From Planctomycetota bacterium (lineage in GTDB: Bacteria > Planctomycetota > UBA8108 > SXIK01): 64,000 nucleotides of DNA. Below are positions 60,304-64,000 of the stretch, piece by piece; positions within the stretch are counted from its first letter, which is position 1, and every line of letters starts with the position of its first letter. Made by a program: the position numbers and the translations under genes. The notes beneath the pieces are model-generated. The model was not told the origin of the DNA. It ran no database searches and worked only from the letters and a program-made list of their open reading frames with translations. Where the stretch lies: positions 3,232,001-3,296,000 of the forward strand of contig CBDCXR010000004.1 of the NCBI GenBank assembly GCA_965223845.1. Direction: 5' to 3'.

Positions 60304-61542
60304 TCAGCGCGAAACCGCGCCGCACGGCGGGAGGAAATCGGGCCTCGGATCCCGCCCCTTCGCTGGGTACGGCGCGGGCAGCGTCGGGCCGTTCGTGAAG
60401 AGGAAATTGAGAGTGTAGAGCGCGTCCGAAACGTCGATTCCGCCGGAATCGTTCGCGTCCGCCGCGTCGGGGCAGGCGAGCTCGACCGTCTCACCTTCGG
60501 CGAAGAGGAACATCAGAGTGCGCAGTGGATCCGCGATGTTCACAGCGTCATCGCGGTTGGAATCGCCGCGCACGAAAAACGAGATGTCACCGTCGACGGC
60601 GACATTGAGAACTCCGGGATTCGTCGCGGGAAGAATCGTCGCGAGTCGACTTTCACCCTGGTACGTGAGCTCGTTCCGGAGCCCGAACGACCCGAAGCCG
60701 TCGCCGTCCGGTCCGTCCTTCGGCGTCACGGTGATCTTCGTCCCCGGTGTCGCGTCACCCGATACGAGCGCGCGGATGCTTCCCACGAGCACTTCGGCAT
60801 CGCTCGATTCGATCGCGAACTCGCTCGGAAACGCGATGTGACCGACGACTCCGACCGTAAAGAAGCCCTCGCTCGGGAACGAACTGAGGGCGTTGAACAT
60901 CGGCCCGGTGTCAGAATAGACGAAGGTCGACGTTCCGTGTCCGTCGCGATAGACGATGGTGAACGTTTTCCCGAAATACTGCTCGAACCAAGATCCAGCG
61001 AAGTCTAGCGATTCCATTCCACTCTCGATCTGAAGAACCGTCGGATCGTACTCCACCACGAGCTGCAGCCCCGACACGGGAACGGAAGCGCGGATGTAGA
61101 TCGGGATCTCCACGACCTCGCCCGGTGCCGCGTCGACATCGCCGAGTCGAATCGTGTCGTCGGTCGACATCGGAGGAATGACTTCATACCGCTCGCAGTC
61201 GAGAAGATCGTCGTTCGTCGGATCCCCACCGGGTGCCGGAAAGGGCTCCGGAGGAGTCACGAATGGGATGGGGGTCTGACCGAAGCTCGAATGAAAGAAC
61301 ATGATGAGAAGATTGACGGAGTCACTGATGTTCACTACTCCGTCGTCGTTGACATCGGCGGCGTCGAGGCACGTCGGAAGCCCCGCGCTTTCGAAGAGCG
61401 CCCGCTCGAGCTGGATCATGTCCGCGACGGAGAGGGTTCCGTCGGTGTTGACATCGCCGCGGAGAAAGTCGTCCGCGCGGACGGTGACGAGAGCGCCGGC
61501 GACGACGATGCCGGTGACGAGGAGATTCATCGCTCGGTTCAT
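60304..61542 (-). CDS. Secreted dockerin-like / cohesin-like / dockerin-like protein
   Basis: AGGGAGG before ATG61542; signal peptide; FLRGDVNTDG..D and CLDAADVNDDG..ISD; AAPGEVVEIPIYI...GLQLVVEYDPTVL; FVRGDSNRDD..IAD and CPDAADANDSG..VSD. Confidence 0.85.
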   Translation of the reverse strand: MNRAMNLLVTGIVVAGALVTVRADDFLRGDVNTDGTLSVADMIQLERALFESAGLPTCLDAADVNDDGVVNISDSVNLLIMFFHSSFGQTPIPFVTPPEPFPAPGGDPTNDDLLDCERYEVIPPMSTDDTIRLGDVDAAPGEVVEIPIYIRASVPVSGLQLVVEYDPTVLQIESGMESLDFAGSWFEQYFGKTFTIVYRDGHGTSTFVYSDTGPMFNALSSFPSEGFFTVGVVGHIAFPSEFAIESSDAEVLVGSIRALVSGDATPGTKITVTPKDGPDGDGFGSFGLRNELTYQGESRLATILPATNPGVLNVAVDGDISFFVRGDSNRDDAVNIADPLRTLMFLFAEGETVELACPDAADANDSGGIDVSDALYTLNFLFTNGPTLPAPYPAKGRDPRPDFLPPCGAVSR

Positions 61543-61747
61543 GGGTTCCTCCCTGGAGAATTTCGTTCGCGAATCCGAAACCACGATCGGCAGCACGAAG
61601 GAAGCAAACGCGAGACCGCGAAGGGACGATCTCCCCTGGGCCGAATCATAAGCACCTGCCGGGAGGGCACTTCGGGTCTTGACGGAACATGCGCGACGCG
61701 CGAGCTAGAGGCTCTCGTGTAAATCGCGATTGACGCGACAGGGGATC

Positions 61748-61768
61748 GAGTTCGGATTCCCCGAACTC
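61748..61768. terminator. 8-bp stem-loop at the 3' end of the panB-like gene
   Basis: GAGTTCGG-ATTCC-CCGAACTC, perfect stem overlapping the stop codon. Confidence 0.35.
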
Positions 61769-62597
61769 AATCGTCGAGCGCGCGGTCGGTCCGCTCGATC
61801 GACTCCACCGCCTCGCGAAGGCGCCTCTCGTCCATCTCGACGAGGTGGGAGCGCTCGGGAAAACGACCCTCTTCAACGTCGGCGACGTACTCGGAAAACG
61901 CGGCGATCCGCTCGCGCTGAAGGCGACGGTGCTCTTCGAGAAAGTTCCGGTACGCCTTCGCGTGCCGCGGGAGACGCTCGTCGTAGTCGCCGAGGATGTC
62001 GTCGGAGAAGAGGAACTGAGTGTCACAGCCCGTTCCCGAGCCGAGCGACATCAAGATCATCGAGGTTTTCGACGAAAGGTAGCGCGCGAGATTGTGCGGC
62101 ACGACTTCGAGCTCCGCGGCGTAGGCTCCAGCGCTCTCGAGGCTCTTCATTTGACGATAGAGGCGTGTAGCCTCCTCGACGGTCTTCCCGATCGCACGGT
62201 AGCCCGTCCACGTCACGTGACGCGGAACCATACCGAGGTGCCCGACGACCGGAATCCCCTCGCGCGCCATCCCCTCGATGATGTACGGACTCGCTGAGCA
62301 GTAGACGGAGCTCGCGCCGATCTCGAGCGCGCGGAATGCGACGCGGATCGCTTCCTCGCGGCTCGCGAGCCCGTGGGGCGTCGCGCCGGAGATGAAGCTG
62401 TTCGGCGCCGCAGCGACGAGCGACGGCAGTCTCGCCTGCGCAGCGGGCGAATCGAAGCTGCAGCTCATGAGGTCGACGCCCGCCGCCTCCGCCGCGGCGG
62501 CCTCGTCCGCCGACTTCACGTGAATGTGTGTTAGGCAGCGCTTCCCCTTGAGCTGACGAAGATCGTAGACGGTGTACTTCTTTCTCGGACGGAGCAT
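61767..62597 (-). CDS. panB: 3-methyl-2-oxobutanoate hydroxymethyltransferase (PanB)-like protein, divergent
   Basis: AAEAAGVDL, GIPVVGHLGMVP, YRAIGKT, AGAYAAELEVVP, SLGSGTGCDTQFL..DILG, PRHAKAY, VEEGRFP; the canonical LVGDS is not intact. Confidence 0.8.
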   Translation of the reverse strand: MLRPRKKYTVYDLRQLKGKRCLTHIHVKSADEAAAAEAAGVDLMSCSFDSPAAQARLPSLVAAAPNSFISGATPHGLASREEAIRVAFRALEIGASSVYCSASPYIIEGMAREGIPVVGHLGMVPRHVTWTGYRAIGKTVEEATRLYRQMKSLESAGAYAAELEVVPHNLARYLSSKTSMILMSLGSGTGCDTQFLFSDDILGDYDERLPRHAKAYRNFLEEHRRLQRERIAAFSEYVADVEEGRFPERSHLVEMDERRLREAVESIERTDRALDD

Positions 62598-62603
62598 CGC
62601 AGC

Positions 62604-63242
62604 CTACTGGTGCTTCAGGCGGAGATTGCGAAACTCGAGACGGCCGTGCTCCGCCTGGATTCCGACGTGTCCGGTGCGATTCTTAATGTTCCATGCGCGC
62701 GAGACGACCGCTCCGTTCAGCTTGACGCTCAAGTCAGCGCCCGAGCAGACGATTTCGTAGGAATTCCACTCGCCAACGCCGCGATACGCCCGCCGAATCG
62801 CTTCGCGGTCGAACTCGTGATGCTCGTCGGTGAAGTCGGGGCCGCCGTACGGGATCATGCTCGCGATCGGGCGCTCGCCGTCGAGATCGTCGAAGCACTG
62901 GACTTGATAGCCGTTGTCGGGCCAGCCGTTCTCGTCGTCCTTGCTGGTCGCTCCGGTGCGGACGAAGATGCCGCTGTTCGCCCCCTCTTCGAGAAGTCGG
63001 ACGTCGAAGCGGAGGACAAAATCGCCGTACTCGTCTTTCGAACGAAGCCATCCGGTCCCGCGGTCCACGAAGAGGAATCCGTCCCGAACGCTGAACTTCG
63101 CTCCGTTCACCGTCTCCCAGCCGTCCAGGTCGCGACCGTTGAATAGCGACTCGAATCCGTCTTCGCGGGCACCTGGACAGCAGCAACCCGCGATGACAGG
63201 AAGCACGGCGACAACGAAGACAGAGCGGATGGATGGAGACAT
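62604..63242 (-). CDS. DUF1080 (3-keto-disaccharide hydrolase-like) lipoprotein
   Basis: Lipobox IAGC; SLFNGRDLDGW, YGDFVL, ANSGIF, GYQVQ, GEWNSY, GHVGIQ, FRNLRL. Confidence 0.9.
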   Translation of the reverse strand: MSPSIRSVFVVAVLPVIAGCCCPGAREDGFESLFNGRDLDGWETVNGAKFSVRDGFLFVDRGTGWLRSKDEYGDFVLRFDVRLLEEGANSGIFVRTGATSKDDENGWPDNGYQVQCFDDLDGERPIASMIPYGGPDFTDEHHEFDREAIRRAYRGVGEWNSYEIVCSGADLSVKLNGAVVSRAWNIKNRTGHVGIQAEHGRLEFRNLRLKHQ

Positions 63243-63509
63243 GCGTTTTCTCCCGAGTCTCGTCGACCTGGGTCGTGACCGTGCACCGTGAACTGTGACC
63301 CCCGGCGTCGACGGATGGCCGGAGCTGCGCGGCAGGACGACGATTCCGTCAACCGCCCGCGCGTCTCTCGGTTTCTTCGCCGGCGCCGGTCGACCTCGCC
63401 CCTCGATCTCTTCACTTGCCAATCTATCTCTCCTTCGTCTTCCTTCGCGCTCGTCGCGTCCTACGTGTGAATCTCTTCTGAGACACCTCGAGTTCGAGGC
63501 GCGCGCCCG

Positions 63510-63998
63510 TTACTCAAACACCGACTGATCGAGCACGATCCGGTAGACCATACCCTGGTCGTACCCGCAGAAGTAGATCTCTCCTTCGCGGTCGACGGCG
63601 AACGTCGTGATGCGGTCGGGTGCCGTTCCGATCTGCCGGATCTTCTCGAGCTTTCGATCCTTCGCCCGGAGACCCCACATCCGCTTCGACTCGTAATCGC
63701 CGAAGATGTAGACACCGTCGTAGGTCGAACTCCGTTTGCCTCGGTAGACGTAGCCGCCGGTCACGGAAGCGCCGTGCTTCCTTCCGAGCGCGACCACCGG
63801 GGGTACGTGACTCGCGCCCGCGGCTTTGTAGCGGTCGGAAAACGGCAAGAAACCTTCGTAGACGTTCCAGCCGTGGTTCTCGCCGGCGCGCGCAACGGTG
63901 ATCTCCTCGAATCGCACCTGGCCGACATCCCCGACCCAGAGGTCACCCGTTCTTGCGTCCCAGCTGAACCGCCACGCCTGGCGAAACCCGAACGCCCA
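63510..63998 (-). CDS. PQQ-dependent sugar dehydrogenase (GSDH family), C-terminal part (5' end outside window)
   Basis: Frame open from the window edge: WAFGFRQAWRFSWD..TGDLWVGDVGQ..FEEI, GENHGW, SVTGGYVYRG, YIFGDY, FAVDREGEIY. Confidence 0.9.
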   Translation of the reverse strand, partial: WAFGFRQAWRFSWDARTGDLWVGDVGQVRFEEITVARAGENHGWNVYEGFLPFSDRYKAAGASHVPPVVALGRKHGASVTGGYVYRGKRSSTYDGVYIFGDYESKRMWGLRAKDRKLEKIRQIGTAPDRITTFAVDREGEIYFCGYDQGMVYRIVLDQSVFE

Positions 63999-64000
63999 GA

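Noticed and set aside
1-64000. tRNA/rRNA, IS elements, integrases, prophage, known defence systems, stop-codon recoding
   Set aside because: No matching motifs seen by eye. Recognised genes end at their expected family C-termini. A covariance-model or HMM search was not possible.

Overview
High-GC bacterial DNA with about 40 protein-coding genes. The gene content is typical of Planctomycetota (inference): four DUF1501 proteins, two DUF1549/DUF1553 proteins, three Gfo/Idh/MocA oxidoreductases, a sulfatase, PQQ-like/Kelch beta-propellers, DUF1080, a dockerin protein, ECF sigma fusions and an ECF/Ser-Thr kinase pair. I saw no rRNA, tRNA, CRISPR array, transposase, integrase or phage gene. Top observations: (1) at 14.2-20.2 kb, two ECF sigma factors are fused to membrane-anchored extracytoplasmic domains. 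Both ORFs carry an in-frame AGGAG(G) Shine-Dalgarno plus ATG just before the transmembrane segment, suggesting two products per gene, and a free-standing homologue of one predicted internal product lies between them. (2) A 1605-aa degenerate-kinase/STAND-like/TPR/sigma54-activator protein faces a secreted dockerin-cohesin-dockerin protein. (3) An ECF sigma is paired with a zinc-finger/kinase/thioredoxin receptor. (4) A binding-protein/beta-barrel/hybrid-kinase operon has no transporter. (5) Two regulators (ftrA-like and the ECF at 48.2-48.8 kb) each lack one G in the same TG(G)CT context. All product calls come from motif recognition by eye; no database search was run.
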